DNA of 54,154 nt from Candidatus Tayloriibacteriota bacterium (GTDB lineage Bacteria; Patescibacteriota; Minisyncoccia; Phycocordibacterales; CAIRYW01): positions 1-54,154 of the forward strand of contig JARIGV010000032.1 of the NCBI GenBank assembly GCA_029288615.1. Reading direction: 5' to 3'. The notes under the pieces were generated by a model. The model was not told the origin of the DNA and made no database searches. It saw only the letters and a list, made by a program, of their open reading frames with translations. Position 1 is the stretch's first letter. Every line of letters starts with the position of its first letter. Both the position numbers and the translations under genes were made by a program. Below, one piece after another: positions 8,599 to 19,951 of this stretch.

Positions 8599-11271
8599 AT
8601 GGAGATCTTCATAACAAAGCAGAACGGTACACGAGTGCCATTCAATGCTGACAAAATTAACCGCTCGATCGAAAGAGCCTGCAAAGGCCTCATGGATCCT
8701 ATCTCAATGGTGACGCAGATTGCCACAGAGACGAGACTTACTCTCTACGATGGCATCACAACCGAAGAGATGGACCAGGCTACAATCAACGCCGCACTCC
8801 AGAATATTAAAGACGACATTACATACGATAAAGTCGCAACGAGACTTCTTCTCAAGACGATTTATCGAAAGATTTTGGGCGATTACGACAAGGACAACGA
8901 TGATGATGTACAGGAAAAGCACAAAGAAGCCTTTATTGCATATATAAAGAAGGGAATTGAGGATGGAAAGCTCGATCCACGCATGGCTTCGAAGTTTGAT
9001 CTCGTTGAGCTTGCTCGCACACTCGATATCGACCGCGACGATCTCTTCCAGTATGCTGGCCTTTCAACATTCCTCAACCGTTACGCTCTCAAAAACATGG
9101 ATCAGAGCCCTCGTGAGACACCACAGTTCTTCTTTATGCGAATTGCTATGGGTCTTTCATTCAATGAAGAAAATCCAACTCTCTGGGCAAAGAAGTTCTA
9201 CAATAAAATGTCGAAATTTGCGTATATTGCAGGAGGTTCAACAAACCTCGGCGCAGGTACGACACATCCAGCTCTCTCAAACTGCTTCCTTCTCGAAATT
9301 CACGACGATATGAGTCACATTGCGAAGTCTGTTGCTGATGTGATGCTTCTTTCAAAAGGATCTGGAGGAATCGGCGCATCTGTAACAAAACTCCGCGCAT
9401 CTGGTTCGCCACTCAAGTCAAACAACGGTACTTCAACAGGTCCAACGCCATTTGCAAAGATTATTGATACTGCTATTCGAGCTATTCAGCGAGGAGGAAA
9501 GAAAAAAGGTGCTCTTGCTTTCTATATGGAGAACTGGCACATCGATTTTCCAGATTTTATCGATTGGAAACACAATGCTGGTGACGACTATATCCGAATG
9601 AGAACTGCAAACACAGCTGCTTTCATCTCAGATGAATTTATGAAGCGCGTAAAGAATGGCGAAGAATGGTACATGTTTGATCCTGCTGAGACGGCAGACC
9701 TTTGTGAGCTCTATGGAAATGCTTTCAGCGCAAGATATGCAGAGTATGTGAAGATGGCTGATGAAAAGAAGCTTCGCGCATTCAAAAAAATGCCTGCAAC
9801 AGAGCTTTTCCGAAAGATGCTCGTATCTCTTCAGACGACAGCACACCCATGGATCACATGGAAGGATACAATCAACCTCAGAGCGCTCAACAACAACACA
9901 GGTACAATTCACATGAGCAACCTCTGTACAGAAATCTGTCTTCCACAGGACAAAGAGAACATTGCTGTATGTAACCTTGCATCTCTCAACCTCGCAGCAC
10001 ACGTCAACAACAAAGAAATTCAGTGGGGTAAACTCGAAGAATCTGTTCGCCTTGCTATCCGCCAGCTCGATAACCTCATTGATATCAACGTTCTTCCTGT
10101 ACCAGAAGCTGAAAAAAGCGATAAGGAGAACCGAGCTGTTGGTCTTGGTGTGATGGGTCTTGCGGATTGTCTTGAAAAAATGGGACTTCCTTATGACAGC
10201 GCACCTGCATATGATTTCACTGATCGAATTTTTGAATTCGTAAGCTATATGGCGATCGATGAAAGCGCAAACCTCGCAGCTGTGCGCGGAAGCTACAAAC
10301 ACTTTGAAGGTAGCGAGTGGTCAAAGGGACATGTTCCATTCGACACGCTCGATAAAATGGAGAAAGAAAGAGGAACAAAGGTTATTGTGACACGAGAAAG
10401 CAAGCACAAAGGTCTCAACTGGGATGTGCTTCGCGCAAAGGTAAAGAAGGGAATGCGAAACGCGACACTTCTCGCTGTTGCTCCAAACGCAAACATCGGA
10501 CTTCTTGCTGCTGTAACTCCTGGAATGGATCCACGCTTCGCACAGGTATTCTCTCGAAACAAGATTTCTGGAAAGTACATGGATATCAACCACAATCTCG
10601 TAAATGATCTCAAAAACCTCGGTCTTTGGGAGAAAGTAAAAGATCTTATTGTTGAATACCAGGGAGACATTTCAGCTATCGAAGAAATTCCTGACTACAT
10701 CAAGAGTGTCTACAAGACTTCATTCTCAACATCTGCATATGCTTTCGTTGAAGTTGCTGCTCGCGCTCAGAAATGGGTAGATCAGGGAATCTCACGAAAC
10801 ATGTATCTTGAAACGAGAGATATCGACGAGACAATGAAGATCTATATGACAGCATGGGAGAAGGGTGTGAAGACAACATATTACCTCCACATGAAGCCAC
10901 GACACACGGCAGAACAATCAACTGTTTCGGTAAACAAAGCTACGAAGATGGGCAAACTTGGATTCGGAGCGCTTAAGAAACCAACTCAAAAAGAAGAAGT
11001 AGTTGTAGCAGTCGATGAATCAGAACTTATGGCAGAGTCTGCACCTGTGACAATGACATCTGAGCCGGAGCAGGTAGCAATTCCAGAGGCAGCTCCCCGA
11101 GCACCTGAACCTGTCGCAGCAGCTCCAGAGCCCGTTTCAGCAATTCGTACAGGATCTGGTGTAGGCTTCGCTGCAGTCGCTTCAAAACCAAAACCTAAAG
11201 TCATTATCGCGGCAAATAAGACATGTCCAACAGACCCAGCAGAGCTTGCACAATGCGATAGTTGCCAATAA
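8599..11271 (+). CDS. nrdA: Ribonucleoside-diphosphate reductase class I alpha subunit with ATP cone
   Basis: ATP cone ITKQNG...FNADKI, SNCF, SNLCTEI, VCNL, TTYY and C-terminal CDSC. ATG at 8599 preferred over the upstream TTG. Confidence 0.95.
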   Translation: MEIFITKQNGTRVPFNADKINRSIERACKGLMDPISMVTQIATETRLTLYDGITTEEMDQATINAALQNIKDDITYDKVATRLLLKTIYRKILGDYDKDNDDDVQEKHKEAFIAYIKKGIEDGKLDPRMASKFDLVELARTLDIDRDDLFQYAGLSTFLNRYALKNMDQSPRETPQFFFMRIAMGLSFNEENPTLWAKKFYNKMSKFAYIAGGSTNLGAGTTHPALSNCFLLEIHDDMSHIAKSVADVMLLSKGSGGIGASVTKLRASGSPLKSNNGTSTGPTPFAKIIDTAIRAIQRGGKKKGALAFYMENWHIDFPDFIDWKHNAGDDYIRMRTANTAAFISDEFMKRVKNGEEWYMFDPAETADLCELYGNAFSARYAEYVKMADEKKLRAFKKMPATELFRKMLVSLQTTAHPWITWKDTINLRALNNNTGTIHMSNLCTEICLPQDKENIAVCNLASLNLAAHVNNKEIQWGKLEESVRLAIRQLDNLIDINVLPVPEAEKSDKENRAVGLGVMGLADCLEKMGLPYDSAPAYDFTDRIFEFVSYMAIDESANLAAVRGSYKHFEGSEWSKGHVPFDTLDKMEKERGTKVIVTRESKHKGLNWDVLRAKVKKGMRNATLLAVAPNANIGLLAAVTPGMDPRFAQVFSRNKISGKYMDINHNLVNDLKNLGLWEKVKDLIVEYQGDISAIEEIPDYIKSVYKTSFSTSAYAFVEVAARAQKWVDQGISRNMYLETRDIDETMKIYMTAWEKGVKTTYYLHMKPRHTAEQSTVSVNKATKMGKLGFGALKKPTQKEEVVVAVDESELMAESAPVTMTSEPEQVAIPEAAPRAPEPVAAAPEPVSAIRTGSGVGFAAVASKPKPKVIIAANKTCPTDPAELAQCDSCQ

Positions 11272-11310
11272 AATAGACAAACTCATTAATACAGTTAAGT
11301 AAGTAAAAAT

Positions 11311-12306
11311 ATGCCACTCATCGGAAAAGCTTCTCCTGAAGACATGAATTTGCACCCAATTCGCTATCAGTGGGCCTATGATCTCTATAATCAGGCTGTG
11401 CGAAATACATGGTTTCCACACGAAATCGCTCTTAAGGAGGACCTCGAAGACTGGGAGAAGATGACTGAAGATGAAAGACATGCTGTGAAATTTCTCATGG
11501 CGTTCTTTAACCCCGCAGAACTCATCGTAAACCGATCAATCGCTCTTGGAGTTTATCCATACCTTAAATCTCCTGAGTGTCATCTCTATCTCGCAAAACA
11601 AATGTGGGAAGAAGCGAACCACTGCGTATCTTTTGAATACGTACTCGAAACATTCCCGCTCGACCGAGAAAAAGTTTTCGGAATTCACCTTGAAGTACCA
11701 TCAATGGTCGCGAAGGAAGAATTCATCATGAAGTATCTTAAGAGAATGACAGAAGATACTCTTGATATCACAACAACAGAGGGAAAGAAGGACTTCATCC
11801 GAAACCTTGTCGCAACAAACATTGTGATGGAAGGAGTATGGTTTTACTCAGGATTTATGGTGGCACTCTCATTCAGACAGCGAAACCAGCTTCGAAACTT
11901 CGGTTCAATGATCAACTGGGTGCTCCGTGATGAATCACTTCACCTCAAGTTTGGTATCAATCTTGTTCATAATGTTTTGGAAGAAAACGAAGATCTTCTT
12001 ACTGAAGAATTTGCAAATGAGATCCGAAACATCATCATTGAAGGAGTTGATAAGGAAGTTGCTTACAACATCGACCTTTTCCCAAATGGAATTCTTGGAC
12101 TTAACGCTGAATATGTAAACCAGTACGTGCAGTATGTAGCCGATCGACGACTTGAAGAGCTCGGATTAGAATCTCACTACAAAGTGACAAACCCAGCAAA
12201 ATGGATGTCGACTGCAACAGATGTACTCGAGCTTGTAAACTTCTTCGAGGCACAGAATACTTCATACGAAGTGGATGTGTCAGCTTCTGGAAAGGATAAG
12301 CACTAA
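11311..12306 (+). CDS. nrdB: Ribonucleotide reductase beta subunit, class Ic (R2c)-type
   Basis: Ferritin-like ligands E70, E101, H104, MEG, RDESLH; Phe108 at the tyrosyl radical position. Confidence 0.92.
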   Translation: MPLIGKASPEDMNLHPIRYQWAYDLYNQAVRNTWFPHEIALKEDLEDWEKMTEDERHAVKFLMAFFNPAELIVNRSIALGVYPYLKSPECHLYLAKQMWEEANHCVSFEYVLETFPLDREKVFGIHLEVPSMVAKEEFIMKYLKRMTEDTLDITTTEGKKDFIRNLVATNIVMEGVWFYSGFMVALSFRQRNQLRNFGSMINWVLRDESLHLKFGINLVHNVLEENEDLLTEEFANEIRNIIIEGVDKEVAYNIDLFPNGILGLNAEYVNQYVQYVADRRLEELGLESHYKVTNPAKWMSTATDVLELVNFFEAQNTSYEVDVSASGKDKH

Positions 12307-12314
12307 AATCTAGC

Positions 12315-12914
12315 TTGAAAGAGACCGAAGTAATAACTATTTTAAAACAAAATGGTATCGGGGTAATGCCAACCGATACCATTTTTGGCATTGTGGGTAC
12401 CGCTCTAGATGAAAAAACAGTTGAAAGAATTTATGCAGTGAGAGGAAGGAACCCTAATAAGCCGCTCATTGTCCTTATTTCGTCGCTAGACGAGCTAAAA
12501 CAGTTCGATGTAGATATCACAGATGATGTGAAGGAAACTTTGGAATCCGTATGGCCGGGCGAGGTGACGGTAATACTTCCAATTCAAGAAAATGCACTTT
12601 TGAAATGGAAATATCTTCATCGGGACACAGGTAAAATTGCATTTCGTCTACCAAGAAAAGAAGATCTCCTTCAAATTCTTAAGGAAACTGGTCCACTGAC
12701 AGCGCCGAGTGCAAATCTCGAAGGTTTTCCACCGGCAAAAAATATATCTGAGGCGAAGGAATATTTTAAGGATATGGTTGATTTTTACATGGAAGGGGAA
12801 AGTGGAGGGGAAATAAGTTCCACGATTATTGAATATGATGGAAAAGACTTTACTCTCATTCGAGAAGGGGCTGTGAGCGCAGATTTACTTCGCTCAAAAA
12901 AGGTGCTAAAATAG
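12315..12914 (+). CDS. tsaC: L-threonylcarbamoyladenylate synthase (YrdC/Sua5 domain)
   Basis: PTDTIFG, RGRNPNKPL, WPGEVT, APSAN, SSTII, IREG; TTG start. Confidence 0.9.
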   Translation: MKETEVITILKQNGIGVMPTDTIFGIVGTALDEKTVERIYAVRGRNPNKPLIVLISSLDELKQFDVDITDDVKETLESVWPGEVTVILPIQENALLKWKYLHRDTGKIAFRLPRKEDLLQILKETGPLTAPSANLEGFPPAKNISEAKEYFKDMVDFYMEGESGGEISSTIIEYDGKDFTLIREGAVSADLLRSKKVLK

Positions 12915-12921
12915 AGAAAAT

Positions 12922-13617
12922 ATGGCTAAAAATAAAGCTCAAACACCGATTGTCATCTCCGTTGGCGGTTCACTCATTGTGCCTGAAAAAATTGATACTA
13001 ATTTTGTTCGTTCATTTAAAAAACTTATTGATGGTGAAGTAAAGAAAGGAAAAAGATTTATCATTATTTGCGGTGGGGGAAAGACAGCAAGACATTATCA
13101 AGAGGCAGGTAGAGAGATCACAGAGCTTAAGGCGGCAGATATCGATTGGCTCGGTATCCATTCGACCAGACTTAATGCACAGCTCATACGAACAATTTTC
13201 CTAAACAAAGTAGAAGAAAGAATCGTTCATGATCCGCATGAAAAAGTATCTTTCACAAAACCAATTCTTATTGCAGCTGGCTGGAAACCAGGATGGTCTA
13301 CAGACTACGATGCAGTACTCCTCGCTAAAAGATTTAAAGCAAATAAGGTAGTAAATCTTTCAAATATCACTCATGTATATGATAAAGATCCTCGGCATAA
13401 TCCTGATGCAAAACATTTCAAGACAATTTCTTGGAAAGAATATCGAAAAATAATTCCTAAAAAATGGATCCCAGGACTTTCAAGCCCATTCGATCCGATC
13501 GCTTCAAAAGAAGCTGAGAAATCTGGTATTGAGGTTGCTATTATAAATGGTGAAAATCTCTCTGAGCTTGATAATTTCATACAAGAAAAACCTTTTGAAG
13601 GTACACTTATTTCATAG
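12922..13617 (+). CDS. pyrH: UMP kinase (archaeal-type)
   Basis: ISVGGSL, CGGGKTAR, DWLGIHSTRLNA, PGWSTD, VYDKDP, PFDPIA. Confidence 0.9.
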   Translation: MAKNKAQTPIVISVGGSLIVPEKIDTNFVRSFKKLIDGEVKKGKRFIIICGGGKTARHYQEAGREITELKAADIDWLGIHSTRLNAQLIRTIFLNKVEERIVHDPHEKVSFTKPILIAAGWKPGWSTDYDAVLLAKRFKANKVVNLSNITHVYDKDPRHNPDAKHFKTISWKEYRKIIPKKWIPGLSSPFDPIASKEAEKSGIEVAIINGENLSELDNFIQEKPFEGTLIS

Positions 13618-13620
13618 ATA

Positions 13621-13941
13621 ATGGAACAGTTTAAAGAACTTGATCCGCCAACAGAAAACGATTATCTAAATGAACTCAAGAAATCTGAGTTTGCAGAAAC
13701 GAGCAAGCATGGTATTCACACTTTAAGAAACCTCCAAAGCGCACTCCATTCACATATGGTAGTCGCTGAAAACAAAGGATGGACTGAAGAATCAATTCAC
13801 GAATATAAATTGGCGAGACAGACGCTCCGACTTTTTGGCAATGGAAAAATAAAAAAGGAAGGGGAATTTGGTGGGTTTGTATGGGTCAAAGATGGACTTC
13901 CGTATGATAAAGATATTCTCCTAAGTCCTGACGAACGATAA
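13621..13941 (+). CDS. Hypothetical protein
   Basis: 106-aa ORF starting 3 nt after the pyrH stop. Confidence 0.55.
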   Translation: MEQFKELDPPTENDYLNELKKSEFAETSKHGIHTLRNLQSALHSHMVVAENKGWTEESIHEYKLARQTLRLFGNGKIKKEGEFGGFVWVKDGLPYDKDILLSPDER

Positions 13942-13960
13942 AAATAGCGCTTAAAGCGCT

Positions 13961-14191
13961 TTAATGTAACTCTGACAGGCCCCAAAGAAGGAGTCCAAGA
14001 AGAACACAAATGCCGACTGTGATCCATTTCAGAACCCTACCACCTTTACTTAGGGTTTGTTGCTTTTCGGCATCTCTTTTGGCCCTAGACCTCATTTGCG
14101 CATGAGGTGGTTCTTCATCAGGGGCTTGATAGCTCGCTGCTCCGGACCATGCTGTGCCGTCCCCAGGCTGGAATTGGCGTGTGCGTTTCAT
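13961..14191 (-). CDS. Small hypothetical protein with C-terminal TM helix
   Basis: 76 aa ending in WITVGICVLLGLLLWGL; promoter-like TTGCTT-17-TATCGT upstream on the minus strand. Confidence 0.45.
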   Translation of the reverse strand: MKRTRQFQPGDGTAWSGAASYQAPDEEPPHAQMRSRAKRDAEKQQTLSKGGRVLKWITVGICVLLGLLLWGLSELH

Positions 14192-14235
14192 AAACTAGCT
14201 AAAACGATAGCACTTCCATTTTTATAAGCAAATAT

Positions 14236-14258
14236 AAAAAACGGGCCGAAGCCCGTTT
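14236..14258 (-). terminator. Intrinsic terminator (minus strand)
   Basis: AAACGGGC-TTCG-GCCCGTTT followed by a U run on the minus strand. Confidence 0.65.
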
Positions 14259-14266
14259 AAATTTTA

Positions 14267-14295
14267 TTGACAAGTATTCAGATCAACTATATAAA
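14267..14295 (+). promoter_or_regulatory. Sigma70-type promoter for the 14304 ORF
   Basis: TTGACA-17nt-TATAAA, 8 nt before the ATG. Confidence 0.6.
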
Positions 14296-14303
14296 TCATT
14301 ACT

Positions 14304-14534
14304 ATGAAGTACTTTGTTGTCGAGGTCTTTACGCCAGGATTGGGTACTACCGCGGCTTTTAAAGATGTCTACTTGGTGGAGGCGGAAACAGATCAGCTTG
14401 CAAAAGAAGCCTGCGGATCAGAAATTCCAAAAGGTGGCGGTATCCTAAGCGCAAAAGAAATGGTGCTGCCAAAACAGTCCGCGCCACTTCACATCAGTCA
14501 TTCTTGTATTTATATGAAGGACAAACTTTCTTAG
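14304..14534 (+). CDS. Small hypothetical protein
   Basis: 76 aa with its own promoter upstream and terminator downstream. Confidence 0.55.
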   Translation: MKYFVVEVFTPGLGTTAAFKDVYLVEAETDQLAKEACGSEIPKGGGILSAKEMVLPKQSAPLHISHSCIYMKDKLS

Positions 14535-14560
14535 CAAGACCGCAAGTCTTGTTATTTTTT
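14533..14560 (+). terminator. Intrinsic terminator between the 14304 ORF and atpC
   Basis: AGCAAGAC-CGCAA-GTCTTGTT followed by ATTTTTT. Confidence 0.55.
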
Positions 14561-14793
14561 TAGTTTGCGAGCACCACTACTTTTTCGCCATCAATTTCCG
14601 CAAATCCGCCTGGAATTTCAATCTCTCGCATGTCACTTCCGTGACCGATCTTTATAAGACCTTTTTTAAGGATAGTAATAAGCGGAATGTGTTCTGGAAG
14701 AATGGTGATCTCTCCGTCTTTTGCAGGCAAAGAGACCTGAGCCACATCGCCCTCAAAAAGTGATCCTTCGAGTGAATAAACAAGAAGCTTCAT
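14560..14793 (-). CDS. atpC: F1 ATP synthase epsilon subunit (N-terminal beta domain only)
   Basis: LPAKDGEITILPEHIPLIT, GGFAE; 77 aa; last gene of the atp operon. Confidence 0.88.
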   Translation of the reverse strand: MKLLVYSLEGSLFEGDVAQVSLPAKDGEITILPEHIPLITILKKGLIKIGHGSDMREIEIPGGFAEIDGEKVVVLAN

Positions 14794-14798
14794 TGGAT

Positions 14799-16190
<1,392 letters not shown>

Positions 16191-16228
16191 TTATTAATAA
16201 TTTACTTATAATTAATTTAATTTTGCTG

Positions 16229-17161
16229 TTAGCTTTCTTGAGCCGCCAAAGCCTCTTTTCCTGAAACAATCTCGATAAGCTCTTTTGTAATCTGAGCCTG
16301 GCGAGCTTTGTTGTAAGAGATTGTAAAGGTCTTGATAAGTTCCTTCGCATTCTCCGAAGCATTTTTCATAGCGACCATTCGAGCAGCATGTTCAGAAGCG
16401 TTTGCTTCAAGGATGCTGTGAAAAACCTCGATCTCAACAAGAGTAGGAACGAGATTTTTCACAATATCCGAAAGTGAAGGTTCAAATGTGTAGTCTTTAT
16501 CTTCCGCAAGCATATCGACTTTCATTTCAGAAAATTTTCCAGATGAAGGAATGATATTTTCAACAACTTGTCGAAGTGTCTCTGCGTTAAGTGGAAGAAG
16601 TGGGCGATGGACAACTTCTTGTTTGAGCGCGGAAATAAAGTTTGTGTAGATAATATCAACTTTATCGTATGTGCCACTCTCAAAGAGAGAAATAAGATGT
16701 TCTGAGAGAGGTTTTATTTCGGCGAGTGTTGCATAGTCTCCCATGAGCTCGAATGATCGGTTGATAGAAAATTTATTTCTTTCAAAATATTCTTTTGATT
16801 TTTTTCCTACAGCGACAATATCAAGTGGGTGAGCTGAATGCTTCACAAAATTGTTCGCCGCCTTGATGACGTTGCTGTTGAAGGCACCGGCAAGACCCTT
16901 GTCTGAGGCAACGACGACAAGAAGAGCTTTTTTGATTTCTCTTTTCTTAAAAAGGGGAGACAGCTCCCGCGCATCTTCGCCAAGAGATTTATCGATTTTC
17001 TTCAAAATATTTACAGCATGGAGAGCAAAAGGGCGGCCTTTGATAGCAGCGCCTTCGCTCTTTCGCATCTTCACAGCTGAAACCGCTTCCATCGCCTTTG
17101 TGATCTGCTGGATGTTTTTGGTCGACTTTATGCGGTTTTTAATTGCGCGTGAAGATGGCAT
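16229..17161 (-). CDS. atpG: F1 ATP synthase gamma subunit
   Basis: ITKAMEAVS, SDKGLAGAFN, ARMVAMKNA, RQAQITKE. Confidence 0.97.
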   Translation of the reverse strand: MPSSRAIKNRIKSTKNIQQITKAMEAVSAVKMRKSEGAAIKGRPFALHAVNILKKIDKSLGEDARELSPLFKKREIKKALLVVVASDKGLAGAFNSNVIKAANNFVKHSAHPLDIVAVGKKSKEYFERNKFSINRSFELMGDYATLAEIKPLSEHLISLFESGTYDKVDIIYTNFISALKQEVVHRPLLPLNAETLRQVVENIIPSSGKFSEMKVDMLAEDKDYTFEPSLSDIVKNLVPTLVEIEVFHSILEANASEHAARMVAMKNASENAKELIKTFTISYNKARQAQITKELIEIVSGKEALAAQES

Positions 17162-17174
17162 GTAGTGTAAAAAT

Positions 17175-18707
17175 TTATTTCTGGAAATAATTGTTTACGT
17201 AATCTGTTGTCATTTCCTTCACCTTCGCCTGATATTCGTCTGTGAATTCTGCCTTGTCAGCAAATTCCGTAAGGAAATTTGGATGTCGTTCCTTGATAAA
17301 TTGGATAAGCCCTTTCTCTGCTTCGCGAATTTTTGCTACTGGTACGGCATCAAAAAGTCCCTGTGTAACAGCAAAGATTGCAATAACCTGCTCTTCGAAT
17401 GGCTGGCTTCCATACTGAGCCTGTTTGAGAAGCTCTGTAAGTCGGCGACCCTGTTCGATAGATTTCTTTGTTGCCGCATCAAGATCAGATCCAAACTGAG
17501 CAAAAGCTTCGAGTGAACGAAATTGCGCGAGGTCGAGTCGCATTTTTCCGGCAACTTTCTTCATCGCTTTTGTCTGAGCTGTTGAACCCACTCGAGATAC
17601 TGAAAGTCCGGCGTTTACCGCTGGGCGAACACCTTTGTAGAAGAGTTCTGGTTCGAGGAAAATCTGTCCGTCAGTAATTGAAATTACGTTTGTTGGAATG
17701 TATGCAGAGATGTCGTTAAGCTGTGTCTCGATCATTGGAAGCGCTGTTATTGAACCACCGCCAAATGCTTTATCGAGGCGTCCTGCTCGTTCAAGAAGGC
17801 GAGAGTGGAGATAGAAAACGTCTCCAGGGTATGCTTCTCGTCCTGGTGGTCGGCGGAGCAAGAGAGAGATCTGTCGGTATGCCCATGCGTGTTTTGAAAG
17901 ATCATCGTACACAACAAGTACATCTTTTCCTTGATCCATGAAATATTCAGCGATTGCGCAACCTGTGAAAGGTGCGAGGTACTGAAGTGAAGCTGGGTCA
18001 GACGCTGCGGCAGAAACCACAATTGTGTACTCCATAGCTCCAGACTGTGTGAGTTTTTCTACGATCTGAGCGATCTTTGATTCCTTCTGACCAATAGCAA
18101 CGTACACGCAAATTGGTGTGCCGAATTTCTTTTCGTTCTTCTGGTGAATGATCGTGTCGATCGCGATTGCAGTCTTTCCAATCTGTCGGTCACCAATAAT
18201 AAGCTGTCGCTGTCCGCGTCCAATAGGGATCATCGCATCAATCGCCTTGATACCAGTGTGAAGTGGTACGTTTACAGATTTTCGTGTGATAACACCCGGA
18301 GCAATTTTCTCTAGCGGGTAGATCTTCGCAGTCTTTGCATCAATAGGAGCCTTACCATCCTTTGGTTCACCAAGACCATTAAGCACACGACCAATTACTT
18401 CGTCGTTTACTGCAATAGAAAGAATTCGCCCTGTAGTTTTTACTTTGTCGCCTTCAGCAAGGAGTTTGTCGTCGCCCAAAACGATCGCACCGAGCTGATC
18501 CTCTTCGAGGTTAAGCACCACGCCCAAAACCTTTTCTCCTGTCTTTGATTCAAACTCGAGCATTTCAGAATACTGAGCTTTTGAGAGTCCGTGTACGATT
18601 GCAACACCGTCTGCGACGCGTGCAACGTTTCCAACATGCTCAATATGAGCGTCGGTCTTAAGTGAAGAAATTTCTTTTTTGAGTGCTTCGATGATTGAAT
18701 CTTTCAT
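17175..18707 (-). CDS. atpA: F1 ATP synthase alpha subunit
   Basis: [28 protein letters not shown]. Confidence 0.98.
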   Translation of the reverse strand: MKDSIIEALKKEISSLKTDAHIEHVGNVARVADGVAIVHGLSKAQYSEMLEFESKTGEKVLGVVLNLEEDQLGAIVLGDDKLLAEGDKVKTTGRILSIAVNDEVIGRVLNGLGEPKDGKAPIDAKTAKIYPLEKIAPGVITRKSVNVPLHTGIKAIDAMIPIGRGQRQLIIGDRQIGKTAIAIDTIIHQKNEKKFGTPICVYVAIGQKESKIAQIVEKLTQSGAMEYTIVVSAAASDPASLQYLAPFTGCAIAEYFMDQGKDVLVVYDDLSKHAWAYRQISLLLRRPPGREAYPGDVFYLHSRLLERAGRLDKAFGGGSITALPMIETQLNDISAYIPTNVISITDGQIFLEPELFYKGVRPAVNAGLSVSRVGSTAQTKAMKKVAGKMRLDLAQFRSLEAFAQFGSDLDAATKKSIEQGRRLTELLKQAQYGSQPFEEQVIAIFAVTQGLFDAVPVAKIREAEKGLIQFIKERHPNFLTEFADKAEFTDEYQAKVKEMTTDYVNNYFQK

Positions 18708-18758
18708 GTGGGCGATTAATTATTGATAAATTATTTATAACGAATGTAAACTGGGCGT

Positions 18759-19130
18759 TTATTTGGCGACTGTTTTTAATTTTCGAAGTTTTCCTTGAAT
18801 TGACGAATCAATTTCATAATCTTCTGTTTCGATCTTGATCCCACCAATAAGGGTTGGGTCAACAACTACTTTCACATCTGCTTTTTTGCCAGCAATCTCA
18901 GTAATCTTTGGAATATGATCCTCGTGAGCGGCAGTGATAGTGAGATCAACAGTATCAGTCTTTCTGTTGTAAGCAGACTTAAAATGGCGAATTATATCGT
19001 TTATTTTGCTTGTTTTACCGCTTGAAACGATAAATTTAGCAATATCTCGAGCAGAATCCACTACAAGGTGAGGATGTTCTGCGGCAAGTGTGCCGAGCTT
19101 CTCTCCAATTTTTTTAGAAGAGAAAGCCAT
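18759..19130 (-). CDS. atpH: F1 ATP synthase delta subunit (short)
   Basis: DPTLIGGIKI...IDSSIQGKL C-terminal OSCP motif; lies between atpF and atpA. Confidence 0.85.
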   Translation of the reverse strand: MAFSSKKIGEKLGTLAAEHPHLVVDSARDIAKFIVSSGKTSKINDIIRHFKSAYNRKTDTVDLTITAAHEDHIPKITEIAGKKADVKVVVDPTLIGGIKIETEDYEIDSSIQGKLRKLKTVAK

Positions 19131-19640
19131 TTATTTCTTGAGGGTAAGTGCTTTAGCGAGAGCTTCGTCTTTAAGCTTTGCTTCTGCATCTTTAGTAATG
19201 TATTTACCGACTGTGCTTTCAATACCAGCGCTCACTAGTCCTGCGAGTTCTGCTTTGAGATTTGAGTAGAATTTCTTCTGTTCTTCATCAAGTTTTTTTG
19301 CACCGTCAGCAATAATTTTCTCTGCATCCTTTCGCGCAGCATCGAGAATTGTTTTTGCGCGAGCTTCTGCTGCATCTTCACTCTGCTTCATCATTTTTTG
19401 AGTTGACGCACGTGCATCACGAAGAATTTCTTCCTGTTTTGTTCGAGCTTCCTCCAAAAGATTTTCAGCAGAAGAATTATTTTCAGAAATCTTTTTTACA
19501 GTAGCTTCTCTTTCTTCAAGTGCGCCAATGAGTGGCTTGTATACAAGCTTTGTAAGTACGAATGCAAGAATAGCGAAGTTAATAACCTGCGCCAAAAGCA
19601 TTTTCCACTCGATACCAAGTGATGAAAAGAGAGTTTCCAT
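19131..19640 (-). CDS. atpF: Fo ATP synthase subunit b
   Basis: N-terminal TM QVINFAIL...YKP then a coiled coil. Confidence 0.93.
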   Translation of the reverse strand: METLFSSLGIEWKMLLAQVINFAILAFVLTKLVYKPLIGALEEREATVKKISENNSSAENLLEEARTKQEEILRDARASTQKMMKQSEDAAEARAKTILDAARKDAEKIIADGAKKLDEEQKKFYSNLKAELAGLVSAGIESTVGKYITKDAEAKLKDEALAKALTLKK

Positions 19641-19677
19641 TTATTTCAGATTTCTTAGAGAGAAATCGCCTAAGTAT

Positions 19678-19896
19678 TTAGACGAAGAGAATAATAAGGG
19701 CAACAACGAGAGCATACACCGCGATAGCTTCAGTGAAGGCAATAGCGAGGATCATCGCTGACTGTACCTTTGAAGCAGATTCTGGGTTTCGTCCGATAGC
19801 TTCCATAGCTTTTGAAGCGAGAAGTCCGATACCGATACCTGGGCCAAAAGCTCCGAGAGCGATTGAGAGTGCGGCTGCAATTTGTTTAAGTTCCAT
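19678..19896 (-). CDS. atpE: Fo ATP synthase subunit c (H+-type signature)
   Basis: GxGxG motif, RNP loop, ion-binding Glu in FTEA; lacks the Na+-type Q and ES/T residues. Confidence 0.96.
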   Translation of the reverse strand: MELKQIAAALSIALGAFGPGIGIGLLASKAMEAIGRNPESASKVQSAMILAIAFTEAIAVYALVVALIILFV

Positions 19897-19951
19897 TTTT
19901 GTAAATTATTACTACTATTAAATACCCTTTCTAATTAAGGTTTGTGGCGCA

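Noticed and set aside
9628-10302. Long antisense ORFs (also 15594-16187, 28059-28724, 52888-53508)
   Set aside because: Shadows of strongly biased coding genes on the opposite strand.
19678-19896. Na+-translocating ATP synthase
   Set aside because: Subunit c has PGIGIG and TEAI instead of the Q and ES/T Na+ ligands.
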